Assembly (NCBI GenBank): GCA_042408215.1
Contig: JAYFMW010000006.1
Span: 416,001 to 480,000 of the forward strand
Source of the DNA: Microcoleus sp.
GTDB taxonomy: Bacteria; Cyanobacteriota; Cyanobacteriia; Cyanobacteriales; Microcoleaceae
Direction of reading: 5' to 3'
Length of the DNA: 64,000 nt
Shown: one piece after another, positions 41,619-53,237 of the stretch
How the letters are laid out: each line of letters starts with the position of its first letter
Position numbering within the stretch: the stretch's first letter is position 1
Notes under the pieces: model-generated
What the model was told of the DNA's origin: nothing
Database searches by the model: none
The model's input: the letters and a program-made list of their open reading frames with translations, nothing else
Position numbers and translations under genes: made by a program

Positions 41619-41820
41619 GTGGCGCGAGTGCAAGGGAGGCTTTAATCCTGACCCTGTAACGGGTTCTATAAGTAGGAGCGCCTAATTAAACGCCGTTATG
41701 TAAATTATTATAAATTCTGCCAAATTGGCAACCTAGTCTGTTTGCACGGGTTTTTAATGATTTTAGATAGCCAGATTTATTTGCGTCTGCCTAGGCTGTG
41801 TCAAACTTCCGGAGCAATAC

Positions 41821-42921
41821 ATGAACATTACTTTTGTTCTTCCCGCCCCTAGTCTTGCAGGTGGAATTAGGGTGTTATCTATATACACAAAACTTCTCCA
41901 ACAGCGAGGACACAAAATAATGATTGTGTGTACACCCTTACAACGTCCGCATTTGATCCAACAATTGCGATCGCTACTGAGGGGTAGGGGTTGGGAGTCC
42001 GCTCCTCAGAAGATGCCGTCTCACTTTGATAACGTAGATGTCGGACTCCAATTTCTGGAAAAGTTTCGTCCAATTGCCGACGGGGACGTACCTGATGCTG
42101 ATGTTATTATAGCTACTTGGTGGGAAACTGCCGAGTGGGTGGCAAAACTCTCTCCTAGGAAAGGAGCGAAAGTATATTTCCTCCAACACTACGAGGCTTT
42201 TAGCTATATACCCAAAGGTCGAGTAGAGGCAACTTGGTCGCTACCGATGCACAAAATCCCTGTTGCCCAGTGGCTGGCTGATATAGCTCGCGATGAATAT
42301 AATGATCCGGATGTATCCCTCGTTCCTCCCAGCGTGAACACCGAACAGTTTTGCTCCTCGCCGCGAGGCAAGCAGTCGGTTCCTACAGTTGGGATGTACT
42401 ATACTACAACTCCTTGGAAAGGCAGCGACATCGCTCTGAAAGCTTTCTCGCTAGCTGCTGCCAAAATTCCTAACCTTCGTTTAGTTGCCTTTGGTGCAGG
42501 CGCACCGGCTCCTGCAAATTGGCCCAATGGTGCTGAATACAATGGGGTACCGACTCAAGAGGAAATTAAAGAGTTTTACAGTAAATGCGATGCGTGGCTG
42601 TTTTCCAGCAGGTCAGAAGGCTTCGGTCTGCCAATTTTGGAGGCAATGGCTTGTCGCACTCCAGTCATCGGTACTCCTGTGGGTGCTGCTCCGCAACTGC
42701 TGGCTAGTGGTGGGGGGATACTTGTCAAGCCGGAAGACCCTGTTGACATGGCTAAAGCGATCGAATATATTTGTCAGTTGTCAGATGCCGAATGGCGGGT
42801 CATGTCTGACGCTGCTTTGGCCGAGGTAAAAAGTTATACTTGGGACGATGCAGCTAATCTGTTTGAGGCTGCACTATACACGGCTATAGAACGTCAGTCG
42901 AAATTAAGAGATCGGGTATAA
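41821..42921 (+). CDS. Glycosyltransferase family 4
   Basis: SRSEGFGLPILEAMAC motif. Confidence 0.93.
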   Translation: MNITFVLPAPSLAGGIRVLSIYTKLLQQRGHKIMIVCTPLQRPHLIQQLRSLLRGRGWESAPQKMPSHFDNVDVGLQFLEKFRPIADGDVPDADVIIATWWETAEWVAKLSPRKGAKVYFLQHYEAFSYIPKGRVEATWSLPMHKIPVAQWLADIARDEYNDPDVSLVPPSVNTEQFCSSPRGKQSVPTVGMYYTTTPWKGSDIALKAFSLAAAKIPNLRLVAFGAGAPAPANWPNGAEYNGVPTQEEIKEFYSKCDAWLFSSRSEGFGLPILEAMACRTPVIGTPVGAAPQLLASGGGILVKPEDPVDMAKAIEYICQLSDAEWRVMSDAALAEVKSYTWDDAANLFEAALYTAIERQSKLRDRV

Positions 42922-43025
42922 AATTGAGGTGGATTTCAAAGAGCGGGGTGTGGCGATCGCTTCTGGATCAGTTTTATCGGACCGCTTAAGTTGTCTTTCT
43001 GCAATTTTATTCCTAAATAAAGCCT

Positions 43026-44396
43026 ATGGCCGCATTGATACCAATAGTTATGTACGGCTGGATTCTAGTCGTTTTATACCTGTTTGTCAGGTTTCCGGCT
43101 CAGCGAGCAGTAATCGTAAGTCTGATTGTAGCGTGGCTGTTTTTACCGCAAGTTGCTCTGAGTATCCCTGGATTGCCACCATATACCAAGATGTCAGCAG
43201 CATGTTACGGCGTTTTGCTGGGGACTCTTGTTTACGATACTGCGCGGTTCAGCTCTTTTAAGCCCGGTTGGCTCGACCTGCCAATGCTAATTTACTGTTT
43301 GTGTCCAATTCTTTCACAAGTTACTAATGGCGGAAGCCCAATTACTCCAACTTTTAACCAAATTATTACCTGGGGACTTCCATATTTTTTGGGTCGCTTG
43401 TATCTGAATAATTTAGATGGGCTGAGGCAGTTAGCGATCGGGATTTTTGCTGGTGGGTTAGCCTACATTCCTTTTACTATGATTGAAGGGGTTAGGGGCC
43501 CGATTCTGCACCTGATGGTTTACGGCGTCAATGCCTTTGAGGACTGGGGTCAAGCAAGGCGTATGGGGGGGTGGAGACCGGTAGTATTCATGCAGCACGG
43601 TTTGATGGTGGGGCTGTGGATGATGACAGCAGCTTTAATTGGAACTTGGCTGTGGCAAACCGGGACGCTCAAGAAGTTTCAGGGTCGCAAAATAAAGCCT
43701 CTAGTAATTGTATTAATTATCGCTTTTTTCCTGTGTCGATCTACAGGCGCCTACAGTTTATTTGGAATGGCGCTGCTTGTATTGTTCTCTGCTAAGTGGT
43801 TTCGCACCTCTTTGCCCCTGCTGTTGATCGTTGGATACATAGTATTTTACCTGTACATCGCTGCATCTGGTCAATTTTCCAGCAAAGATGTTATGGGTAT
43901 CGTCACTCCAATATTTGGCGAAGAACGAGCGTCTTCTCTAAAGTTTAGATTTGACATGGAAGAGATATTGGGGGACAAAGCGCGACAAAGATTTATTTTT
44001 GGCTGGGGGGATTCGGGTGGAAACCGCGTGTATAATGATTACGGTCAAGATATCTCCGTTACAGACAGCTTGTGGATTATTACATTTGGTACTAACGGTG
44101 CTGTCGGTTTAGCTAGTTTATTTTCTTCCTTGTTACTTCCTGTTATCGTCTTTTGCTTGTTCAGATATCCGGCCAGAACCTGGTCTAACCCTAAAGTAGC
44201 GCCAGCGGCGGTCCTGGGAGTAGCTTTAACTATGTATGTATTTGACTGTGTTTTGAACGCTATGACTAACCCAATTTTTGCGGTCATTGCGGGAGGAATA
44301 TCGGGTCTGGTACTCAAAGCTCCCGAAAGTCTTAAGGTAAAGAAAACCACTGCGCCACCAAGAATACGGTCCTTGACTCACCCAAAATTAGGATGA
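43026..44396 (+). CDS. O-antigen ligase/Wzy-like polysaccharide polymerase membrane protein
   Basis: About ten TM helices; GWRPVVFMQHGL, RASSLKFR, FGWG, DSLWII; EPS context. Confidence 0.75.
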   Translation: MAALIPIVMYGWILVVLYLFVRFPAQRAVIVSLIVAWLFLPQVALSIPGLPPYTKMSAACYGVLLGTLVYDTARFSSFKPGWLDLPMLIYCLCPILSQVTNGGSPITPTFNQIITWGLPYFLGRLYLNNLDGLRQLAIGIFAGGLAYIPFTMIEGVRGPILHLMVYGVNAFEDWGQARRMGGWRPVVFMQHGLMVGLWMMTAALIGTWLWQTGTLKKFQGRKIKPLVIVLIIAFFLCRSTGAYSLFGMALLVLFSAKWFRTSLPLLLIVGYIVFYLYIAASGQFSSKDVMGIVTPIFGEERASSLKFRFDMEEILGDKARQRFIFGWGDSGGNRVYNDYGQDISVTDSLWIITFGTNGAVGLASLFSSLLLPVIVFCLFRYPARTWSNPKVAPAAVLGVALTMYVFDCVLNAMTNPIFAVIAGGISGLVLKAPESLKVKKTTAPPRIRSLTHPKLG

Positions 44397-44854
44397 TTTT
44401 TAGTCATGGGATCACAGCTTTGAGAGAAGGTTAAAAATATGTTGCATTGCCTCTCTGCAAAAAATAAAATCTCTCTCTACAAGTTTTACATCAAATTAAG
44501 TTAAGAAGTTGAGCTTGCCTTCTCAGTTCCTGAAAATTAGTGTTAAAATTAATTCGCGTGAATTTACATTTCAAGGATGAGCCTGCGATTGTATTCTTTG
44601 GCGGTTAGCTTAATGCGGACAGGGTAATAAGTAGGTGCGATCATGTTAAGATTTGTAAAAATAAATTTGCTTTATACAATCTTTGCTTGCTCTAGCTGAG
44701 GCTTTACAGAATCTTTAAGATGACAGAGTGGACGGCTAGGGTCTAGGGGAGTATACTTAAAAAAGTTTATTCACAAAAGCACCGAAGTAGTGAAAATACG
44801 AGGTTATAGTTAGAGTGGTACTTTAGCAATACAAAGGCTTGAAGGAGAGCGAAA

Positions 44855-45616
44855 ATGAAAGCTGTTAACTTATTAAATGTATCCATTGATAACTTGTCAA
44901 TAACAGAGTTGCTTGAAAGACTCGACTGCGAAGGCGGTGTCGTATTTACGCCGAATGTAGACCACTTGATTAAATTGCAGCATGACCGCGACTTTTATGA
45001 AGCTTATAATACCTCTAACTATAGAGTTTGCGACAGTCAAATATTGATGTACGCCTCACAATTTTTGGGTACTCCTATCAAAGAGAAAATTTCTGGTTCA
45101 GACTTGTTTCCGGCATTTTACACGTATCACAAAAATAATGAGTCAATTAAGATTTTTTTGCTAGGATCTGCGGTGGGCGTTGCGAGTAAAGCTCAGGAAG
45201 AAATCAATCAAAAAATTGGTAGAGAAATAGTAATTCAAGCATATTCTCCTTCTTTTGGGTTTGAAAAGAATGAAGAAGAGTGTGAGAAAATAGTTGAGTT
45301 GATTAATCAATCAGGAGCTACAGTATTGGCAATAGGAGTCGGCTCGCCTAAACAAGAGAAGTGGCTTGTTAAATATAGAAACAAACTGACAAACATCAAA
45401 ATTTTGTTGGGTATAGGTGCAACCATTGATTTTGAAGCTGGTTGCAAAGCAAGATCTCCCAAATGGATGAGCGAAGTCGGAATAGAATGGGCGTACCGAT
45501 TGTTAAGCGAACCCAGAAGGCTGTGGAAGCGATATTTGATAGAAGGTCTGCCTTTTTTCCGGTTGATTGTAGAACAAAAATTAGGGTCTTATAAAATGCC
45601 TTTCCTTGACAACTAA
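44855..45616 (+). CDS. WecB/TagA/CpsF family glycosyltransferase
   Basis: TPNVDH, ISGSDL, GVGSPKQEKW, EPRRLWKRY. Confidence 0.93.
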   Translation: MKAVNLLNVSIDNLSITELLERLDCEGGVVFTPNVDHLIKLQHDRDFYEAYNTSNYRVCDSQILMYASQFLGTPIKEKISGSDLFPAFYTYHKNNESIKIFLLGSAVGVASKAQEEINQKIGREIVIQAYSPSFGFEKNEEECEKIVELINQSGATVLAIGVGSPKQEKWLVKYRNKLTNIKILLGIGATIDFEAGCKARSPKWMSEVGIEWAYRLLSEPRRLWKRYLIEGLPFFRLIVEQKLGSYKMPFLDN

Positions 45617-45674
45617 ACAAGCAATCTAGAAGGGAAAGGTGGTTCCTGAAAACTCGACAAATCAAGAACGTAAA

Positions 45675-46763
45675 TTAACCTGAGTTACTGAAGCCTTTAC
45701 CTCCCGATTTTGCCCAAACAAGCAATTCACCGCCACATCCGCCGGCTGCGAGAAATTGAGCTTGGGGATGCCAGGCGAGACAGGAAAAACCACCATCGGC
45801 ACCCTCAAGAATTTGCAGCAATTGTTCTGCTTTGTACCACAAACAAAGTTGACCGTCTTCCGATGCGGAAGCTAATAAAAATGTGTGGGGTTGAAAGCCG
45901 ATCGCACTTACCACATTTTCATGCACCTCCAACGCCCAAGCATCCCAGCCGACACTTTCATCAGCGTCTCTTTCCCAGACGGAAATGCCTTGAGAACTCG
46001 AAGCAGCTAACAAAGGTGCACCCAAAGAATTAGTTTTATCCGACCAAGCTAACTCCCGAACTTTCCCCGGAAAACCCTGCATTACCCAAGGTCGATCGCT
46101 GCCCCATTCATTAACAATTAGGGTGTTATCCATATTACCACAGGCTAGATATTTACCTGAAGGCGACCAGGCGATCGCACCTGTTGCAGACGGTACTGAC
46201 AAAACGTGCGGGTCTTCGTCCCAATCTTCCCCATTCCAAACTTTAACACCTTGATAGCCGCTAACTGCCAGATATTTATCAACAGGATGCCAAGCTAAAT
46301 CTAGCACCGAAGACGAATCAAAATTCAGAGTTACTTCCACAACATTATCATCAGCATTCCAGACTTGAACGAAGCGGCCCATACTGAAAGCTAATTGGTT
46401 GCAGTTGGGACTCCAAGCTAACTTATCAACCCACACACGCTTGTTGTCCAAACTAGCAATTAATTCTCCAGAATTTGCCTGCCAAATTCGCACTTTTCCG
46501 TCTTGTCCACCAGCAGCTAGCAGTTGACTATCAGAGGAAAAAGACAAGCAGTCTGCTGATTGACCAGTTGCTGTTTGCAGCGGCTGCAAAGACAATTCAT
46601 TGATTGTTCCTACAGTTCCTAACATAATTTCGCCGGCGGCGGAACAGACTGCTAAAGTTTTGCCATCGGGCGACCAAGTAACAGCAGTTATGTAGTCAGA
46701 CAGGGTTTCCTTGGCGTGAAATTGCATAGTTAGTTCACTTGTGCTTGTCTTGTTATTGCCCAT
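45675..46763 (-). CDS. WD40-repeat protein
   Basis: Repeated LAWSP/LAWHP...LAxxG.DG.xxxW units; typical partner of COG0523 genes. Confidence 0.88.
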   Translation of the reverse strand: MGNNKTSTSELTMQFHAKETLSDYITAVTWSPDGKTLAVCSAAGEIMLGTVGTINELSLQPLQTATGQSADCLSFSSDSQLLAAGGQDGKVRIWQANSGELIASLDNKRVWVDKLAWSPNCNQLAFSMGRFVQVWNADDNVVEVTLNFDSSSVLDLAWHPVDKYLAVSGYQGVKVWNGEDWDEDPHVLSVPSATGAIAWSPSGKYLACGNMDNTLIVNEWGSDRPWVMQGFPGKVRELAWSDKTNSLGAPLLAASSSQGISVWERDADESVGWDAWALEVHENVVSAIGFQPHTFLLASASEDGQLCLWYKAEQLLQILEGADGGFSCLAWHPQAQFLAAGGCGGELLVWAKSGGKGFSNSG

Positions 46764-46768
46764 TTTGT

Positions 46769-47741
46769 TTAAACCAGACACTGACAAAACTCTGCTCTCA
46801 ATTGAGCTTCGTTTAAGTTGCGACCAATGAATACGAGTTCGTTTTTCGGAGTTTCGCTTGCTTTCCATGCTCGATCTGGTCTGCCGTCAAACAGCATATG
46901 TACTCCTTGAAAAACGAATCTCTTTTCTTCCCCAGCAATATTTAAAATGCCTTTTGTCCGAAAGATATCAGTGCCTTGAGTTCGCAGCAATTCGCCGATC
47001 CAATCGCTAAATTTGTTGCCGTCAATAGCACCGGATTCTACTATTGCTACGGAAGTAACTGTTTGGTCGTGTTCGTGTTCGTGTTCGCCCAAAAAGTCTG
47101 GTTCGATTTCTAATGCCCGGTTCAAATCGAATGCTTTGACGCCCAACAAAACATCCATATCTAATTCAGCGTTGTGAGTACGGTGAATTTTTGCCATTGC
47201 ATTCATGCTGCGAATCCGCGTTTCTAATTCTGCCAATTGTTCTGGTGTGACTAAATCAGTTTTATTCAGCAAAACTACGTCTGCAAAGGCTATTTGTTCT
47301 AGAGCTTCATCTGCATCCCAGTGCTGCATGGATGTGCTTGGCATCGACTACGGTGACAACTGCATCTAGCAGCATTTTATCCCGCATATCTTCGTCTACA
47401 AAGAATGTCTGAATTACGGGTGCAGGGTCTGCTAAACCTGTGGTTTCGATGACTATGTGGTCGAATTTGTCTCGCCGCTTCATTAGGTTGCCGATAATCC
47501 TAATTAAGTCGCCTCTGACTGTACAGCAAATGCAGCCGTTGTTCATCTCAAAAATTTCTTCGTCGGCATCAATTACCAGTTGGTTGTCGATGCCTACTTC
47601 GCCGAATTCGTTGACGATTACTGCAACTTTTTTGCCGTGTTCCTGTGTTAAAATGCGGTTGAGCAGGGTGGTTTTGCCTGCACCCAGATAGCCTGTGAGA
47701 ACGGTCACGGGAACTGATTCGATCGCACTAGCAGTCACCAT
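46769..47741 (-). CDS. COG0523 (CobW/ZigA-like) zinc metallochaperone GTPase, one frameshift near 47330
   Basis: GYLGAGKTT, GCICC, ETTGLADP; continues in another frame MQHWDADEA...NKTD...HEHEH...CobW_C. Confidence 0.88.
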
Positions 47742-47761
47742 ACTTCACCTCGATTGTGGAA

Positions 47762-47776
47762 TGATAATCATTGTCA
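47762..47776. promoter_or_regulatory. Zur box upstream of the COG0523-WD40 operon
   Basis: TGATAATCATTGTCA, one mismatch to TGATAATnATTATCA, 20 bp from the start codon. Confidence 0.8.
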
Positions 47777-47980
47777 CCATCTTACACCAGGGTTGTTGGT
47801 AGTAGCAACAATATTAAAAAATGTTAAGAGTTTTTAACTAGAGGAATACGCAGTCTTTGGTTCAGGGCTTACGCATGGGGCTAGAAACCGGGTTTCTACG
47901 AGTCTTGCGAACAGAAACGAGAAATATAGCAAGAAACCCGGTTTCTGAGGTCAGCGTGGGTGACTAATGACTCACGACAA

Positions 47981-49015
47981 TTAATTGCCAATTATAGCTG
48001 CGATTCGATCGCGATCGAGTTCCCGGCCGATCAACACCAATTTGGTTTGCCGAAGTTCGGAAGGTTGCCAAGGGCGATCGTAAAAATATTCTATCCGATC
48101 GCCCACACCCTGCAACACCATCCTCATCGGTTTCTTGGGAACAGCCACAAACCCTTTAATCCGATAGATTTCTTGACTTTGGATCAATGATTGCAGTTTT
48201 TTTACCAAATCTTCAGGTTCAAATTGGCGATCGGCAATAAAGTAAGTCGAGGTAATATCATCATCATGGTCATGTTCCTCTTCAGTGTCATGGTGACTCG
48301 GCCGAGACTCCAAATTATCCTCAACCGCCGCATTAAATCCCAATAACACATCAGGGTTAATTTCGCCACCCTTACAAGGGACAATTTTAACACTAGGGCG
48401 TAATTCTTGCTGTAACCAAGTTTGGACTTTGTGGCGAGTTTCATCATCTACGCGATCGACCTTAGTCAAAAGTACCAGATCAGCACAAGCCAACTGGTCT
48501 TCAAACAATTCCTCAATGGGTGTCTCGTGATCTAAACTAGAATCAGCCTGCCGCTGTGCCATCAAAGCATCAATATCGCCCACAAAAGTACCGCTAGCAA
48601 CGGCTTCACAATCCACTACAGCCACCACACCGTCTACGGTAGCACCAGTGCGAATTTCCGGCCAGCGAAAAGCTTGAATTAAAGGTTTAGGGAGTGCGAG
48701 TCCAGAAGTTTCGATGAGAATACAATCAATTTGCGATCGACGCTTTAATAATTCTTGCATTGTGGGCAAAAATTCCTCTTGAACAGTGCAGCAAAGACAG
48801 CCATTTGTGAGTTCTACAATGTTGGTAATCGCATCTCCTTCATCATCGCAAACTTGGCAATCACGCAACAGTTCGCCGTCAATGCCTATTTCGCCAAATT
48901 CATTAACAATAACTGCGATGCGACGACCTTGATTGTTTTGCAATAAGTGGCGAATTGCGGTAGTTTTGCCGCTACCGAGAAAACCAGTAATGACTGTAAC
49001 AGGAATTTTGTGCAT
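47981..49015 (-). CDS. cobW: Cobalamin biosynthesis protein CobW
   Basis: GFLGSGKTT, GCLCCTVQEEF, ETSGLALPKPL, AAVEDNLESRPSHHD; downstream of a B12 riboswitch. Confidence 0.9.
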   Translation of the reverse strand: MHKIPVTVITGFLGSGKTTAIRHLLQNNQGRRIAVIVNEFGEIGIDGELLRDCQVCDDEGDAITNIVELTNGCLCCTVQEEFLPTMQELLKRRSQIDCILIETSGLALPKPLIQAFRWPEIRTGATVDGVVAVVDCEAVASGTFVGDIDALMAQRQADSSLDHETPIEELFEDQLACADLVLLTKVDRVDDETRHKVQTWLQQELRPSVKIVPCKGGEINPDVLLGFNAAVEDNLESRPSHHDTEEEHDHDDDITSTYFIADRQFEPEDLVKKLQSLIQSQEIYRIKGFVAVPKKPMRMVLQGVGDRIEYFYDRPWQPSELRQTKLVLIGRELDRDRIAAIIGN

Positions 49016-49070
49016 TGATAATTTTGTTGTTGTTGTTGGTGAAGTGAAATATCTTGTTTCCAGGCTCTGC

Positions 49071-49288
49071 CTATTGGTGACAGCTTAAGACTCAACCTAC
49101 AATAAATGTCGCTTTTAGGCGAAGTCTAGATCCCCCTAAATCCCCCTTAATAAGGGGGACTTTGAAAAATACTCTTGTCCCACACCCCCTACTCCCCTAC
49201 TCCCCTTATTAAGGGGGGTTAGGGGGGATCTGGCAGTTCGATACAAACAAGAGAGACTGTCGGTTTGACGTTAAGTTGTCACCAATGG
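49071..49288. mobile_element. Solo copy of the MITE family that builds the 11.8-13.7 kb array
   Basis: TIRs CTATTGGTGACAGCTTAA / TTAAGTTGTCACCAATGG; same GTCTAGATCCCCCTAAATCCCCCTTAA core; flanked by imperfect duplication GGCTCTGCC/GACTCTGCC. Confidence 0.85.
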
Positions 49289-49336
49289 ACTCTGCCTGGG
49301 AATGCCGATCTAGAGGCTCTGCCTCGCTGAAATACT

Positions 49337-49747
49337 TTAATTAGGGAGCGGAGGAATTTTAGCCAAAACGCCTTTTTTCAGAGCTTGAGGACGCTCCGAC
49401 CAGGGCAACAAACCATCTGGTTTAGCATAGTATTGACTCGCGCATTCAAGCACAGCCTCGACGCTTTCAGATTCATTGGGAGGCAAATCACCAAACAGAT
49501 AAGTGTATTTTCCAGCAGCAGCAAAAGACACAGCACAAGAGTGGCTGCAAGCACTCATGCACTCCACTTCTTGAATATCAAATTCATCGCAAAATTCCCA
49601 ATCTTTAGCTAGTTGCGACAAGTCTTCCATGAATTGTTGGCCGCCGCTTTTGCCCGATCGCTTGCCGTTTTTCCAAACACTAGCGCAAGCCGTGCAAACA
49701 AACAGACTGTGCTTGTTGCGTACAGTCCCATTAATTCCATCTATCAT
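49337..49747 (-). CDS. DUF1636-family predicted metal-binding protein
   Basis: LFVCTAC, VECMSAC..SC, KYTYLFGDL, PWSERP; cobalamin context. Confidence 0.85.
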   Translation of the reverse strand: MIDGINGTVRNKHSLFVCTACASVWKNGKRSGKSGGQQFMEDLSQLAKDWEFCDEFDIQEVECMSACSHSCAVSFAAAGKYTYLFGDLPPNESESVEAVLECASQYYAKPDGLLPWSERPQALKKGVLAKIPPLPN

Positions 49748-49782
49748 CCGTACCTCGCAGATGCGTTCAAAAGTGAGTTAGA

Positions 49783-49903
<121 letters not shown>

Positions 49904-50070
49904 CGAAACCAAATCTTACCACACTTGCGACCAATCAATTTTAGATTTTAGATTTTAGATTTTAGATTTTAGATTTTGGATTGGAGAAAGCGAAAGCTAC
50001 CTCACGGATCAATCTGGGGGCTTGTTTAGTAATTTGTAGGGTGCGCATTGCGCACCTTACAGATTACAAA

Positions 50071-51450
50071 TTATGCAGTTTCGTGCTGTTTGCGCCAAGC
50101 CGGATGCCAGAGCAATTCAGCAGTCGATCGCTTCTCGACCATTTCAGCAGTAATTTTGCAGTTAGCTACATCCTTGCGAGAAGGCAACTCGTACATGACA
50201 TCGAGCATTAACTCCTCTAAAATGCTGCGGAGAGCTCTGGCACCTGTTTTGCGGCGGTAAGCTTCGCGGGCGATCGCCCGCAGCGCCTCCGGCTCAAATT
50301 CCAACTCCACACTATCCATATTCAACAGCTTTTGATACTGCTTCACCAGCGCATTGCGGGGCTCAGTCAAGATCTGCATCAAAGCAGCCTCATCCAGCGG
50401 CGAAATCACTGTCACCACCGGTATCCGCCCGACAAATTCAGGAATTAAACCAAACTTCACTAAATCATCGGCTTGTACTTGCTGCAAAATATCTGCCGCC
50501 CGCTTATCTTTCGCCGGCAATGTTGAGTTGCTGTCGCTTTCAACAGGCTGAATAAAGCCCAAGGATTTTTTACCCAAACGCTGTTCAACTATTTTTTCCA
50601 AACCGACAAAAGCACCGCCGCAAATAAATAGAATTTTGCTAGTGTCAATTTGAATAAAATCTTGGTAAGGATGCTTGCGGCCGCCTTGCGGAGGTACGTT
50701 AACCACCGTTCCTTCCAACATTTTCAGCAGCGCTTGCTGCACCCCTTCTCCTGATACATCCCGCGTGATCGAAGTGTTTTCGCTTTTGCGAGCAATTTTG
50801 TCAATTTCATCAATATAAATAATGCCGCGCTGGGCCGCTTCGACATCAAAATCTGACATTTGCAAAAGCCGCAACAAGATATTTTCTACGTCGTCGCCGA
50901 CATAGCCTGCTTCCGTCAGCGTCGTTGCATCGGCTACCGCAAAGGGCACTTCCAGTATTTGCGCCAAACTTTGCGCTAGCAGAGTTTTGCCGCAACCAGT
51001 CGGCCCCACTAGCATGATGTTGGACTTTTGCAGTTCCACATCGCTGTCTGGGGAAGATTTGCCACTATCTTTGGCTTGGTCAACGCTCAAGCGCTTGTAG
51101 TGGTTGTAAACTGCTACAGAAAGGACTTTTTTTGCTGAGTTTTGACCGATGACGTGGTTGTCTAAATGCTGTTTAATGTCTGTGGGTTTGGGAATTTTAG
51201 CTAAAGTGATTTTGGATTTGTTCGATCGACTCTGGCGTCGCGTTTTTTGTCCTTGAGGCTCTTGAATCTCTGACTGGGGAACCTGTTGAGCGACTGTTTT
51301 TCCATCAAAGAACTCCTCTTCTAAAATTTCATTGCACAGTTCCACGCATTCATCGCAAATGTACACGCCGGGCCCAGCTATTAACTTGCGGACGTACTCC
51401 TGCGACTTGCCGCAAAAGGAGCATCTTAGATTTGAGTCATATTTTGACAT
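50071..51450 (-). CDS. clpX: ATP-dependent Clp protease ATP-binding subunit ClpX
   Basis: C4 zinc domain [36 protein letters not shown] loop. Confidence 0.96.
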   Translation of the reverse strand: MSKYDSNLRCSFCGKSQEYVRKLIAGPGVYICDECVELCNEILEEEFFDGKTVAQQVPQSEIQEPQGQKTRRQSRSNKSKITLAKIPKPTDIKQHLDNHVIGQNSAKKVLSVAVYNHYKRLSVDQAKDSGKSSPDSDVELQKSNIMLVGPTGCGKTLLAQSLAQILEVPFAVADATTLTEAGYVGDDVENILLRLLQMSDFDVEAAQRGIIYIDEIDKIARKSENTSITRDVSGEGVQQALLKMLEGTVVNVPPQGGRKHPYQDFIQIDTSKILFICGGAFVGLEKIVEQRLGKKSLGFIQPVESDSNSTLPAKDKRAADILQQVQADDLVKFGLIPEFVGRIPVVTVISPLDEAALMQILTEPRNALVKQYQKLLNMDSVELEFEPEALRAIAREAYRRKTGARALRSILEELMLDVMYELPSRKDVANCKITAEMVEKRSTAELLWHPAWRKQHETA

Positions 51451-51817
51451 ATTTGCCTCTTAGTTTACAGTTGCGGTTGCCTGTTTCGAATGAGGGAGTT
51501 TTGGCCCCATCGAACCTTGTTCTTTTCTTTTGTCAGGTTTGGCGATCGGACACCCAAGCCACTCAAGCTTCGCGATCTGTCTCTAAGTTAACACTTTTGA
51601 GGCCTTAGTCATTAGTTATTAGTCATCAGTCGTTAGTCATTAGTCAGAAATAAAAATCAAAAATTCCGACTGATCCCTTCAAAAAATTCTGCCTTCAAAA
51701 AATTCTGCTTTCTACCTGGAAAAGCTGGCTTACCATTTTTTGTAGGGCAAAAATTTTCCCGACATAATTATTTTTACCCGATCGCCATTAGGGTCTGCTT
51801 CTTTCTCAACATCCAAA

Positions 51818-53156
51818 TTGACACTCCTCGGCGTGAACGCGCGGGGATTCTTTGTTCTACGAGCCGACTTGCTCCAACAGGATTTCTCCAGCCAGAGTAG
51901 AGGTCGATTCTCCCAAAGCGTTGCTCGGATCTAGTCCGAAAGTTCCGGTATGCCCTACCGTACTCAATCCTCGACTCAGGATGTTTCTAGCTGCGTTTTC
52001 ATCTCTATCCATTGAGCAACCACACTTACAAACGTGCGTTCTAGTGGATAGCGTTTTATTCACAATTGCACCGCAGCTAGAGCATTCTTGGCTAGTGTAT
52101 TGCGGATTTACCGCAACCGTAACTCTTTCAAATACTTGTCCGAAATATTCAATCCAGATACGGAACTGATACCAAGAAGCATCGTTGATAGACTTAGCTA
52201 AACAATGATTTTTCACCATGTTTTTAATCCTCAAATCTTCGTAAGCTATCAAGTCGTTTGACTGAACTACGCACCGCGCTAATTTCACAGCGTGGTCTCT
52301 GCGTTGCCTACTTATTTTGAGATGGCGTTTTCCTAAAATCTGTCTAGCTTTGCCTCTATTTTTTGAACCTTTTACCTTCCTAGATACACGACGATGAGAA
52401 CGTCTGAGAATTTTTTCACCTGTTCGTAGGAATCTCGGATTTTCAACCGTGACTCCATTTGAATCGGTGTAATATTCTTTCAATCCTACGTCTAATCCGA
52501 TGGTATTTCCAGAAGGCTCTGTGTTTTCCTTTCGATCGACATCGACACAGAATTGAACGTACACGCCGTCTGCACGTTTTACCAATCTTACCCGTTTTAT
52601 TTGGCTAATTTGGTAAAAGTGCAGCTCGCGAGTTCCCTTTAGCTTGAGCTTGCCGATTCCCTTTTTGTCGGTAAACTTAATTGATTTACGATCGTCTGCA
52701 AGTTTCCAACCAGATGTTTTGTATTCGACAGAACGACAATCTTTCTGGAATTGTGGGAACCCTTTTTTACCGGGAATTCCTTTCTTGCAGTTTTCGTAGA
52801 ACCGGGAGATAGAAGACCATGCCCTCTCAGCACTAGCTTGCCTAGCTTGAGAGTTAAGTTCCTTGGCAAATGGGAATTCTTTAGCCAGTACAGCACAAAG
52901 TTTTTGCAAGTCATTTTGTCCAACACCTTTACAATCCATCCAAAATCGAATAGCTTTATTTCGGATGAACTGTGCTGTACGAATTGCATCGTCTATTGCA
53001 ACAAACTGACTTAATTTCCCGTATGTCTTAAACTCAAAAACTAGCATTGTCTTACCTCCTACCTTATATTACTCCAACCAATATAAGATTTCCAGCAGGT
53101 TTGCAAAACTTTATAAAGCCGTCCTTCTAGGACGGGGCTTTAGACCCAAGTTTTTG
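51818..53156 (-). mobile_element. IS605-family tnpB-only element
   Basis: TTAC target at 53160-53157, AAAG-CCCCGTCC hairpin; right end AGAATCCCC...GAGTGTCAA. Confidence 0.9.
51857..53047 (-). CDS. tnpB: TnpB RNA-guided nuclease, intact
   Basis: GLDVG, AYEDL, DRDENAA; CSSC..CKC zinc ribbon. Confidence 0.94.
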   Translation of the reverse strand: MLVFEFKTYGKLSQFVAIDDAIRTAQFIRNKAIRFWMDCKGVGQNDLQKLCAVLAKEFPFAKELNSQARQASAERAWSSISRFYENCKKGIPGKKGFPQFQKDCRSVEYKTSGWKLADDRKSIKFTDKKGIGKLKLKGTRELHFYQISQIKRVRLVKRADGVYVQFCVDVDRKENTEPSGNTIGLDVGLKEYYTDSNGVTVENPRFLRTGEKILRRSHRRVSRKVKGSKNRGKARQILGKRHLKISRQRRDHAVKLARCVVQSNDLIAYEDLRIKNMVKNHCLAKSINDASWYQFRIWIEYFGQVFERVTVAVNPQYTSQECSSCGAIVNKTLSTRTHVCKCGCSMDRDENAARNILSRGLSTVGHTGTFGLDPSNALGESTSTLAGEILLEQVGS

Positions 53157-53237
53157 GTAAGGTAGCCGGATCGCGGAGTGCCCAACAGCCGCGCCCCCAC
53201 CTCGAACCCGCAGCCCAAAACCCTTTACCCCTAAGCA

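Noticed and set aside
46769..47741. Programmed frameshift in the COG0523 gene
   Set aside because: No slippery heptamer at the shift; a sequencing indel or recent mutation is more likely
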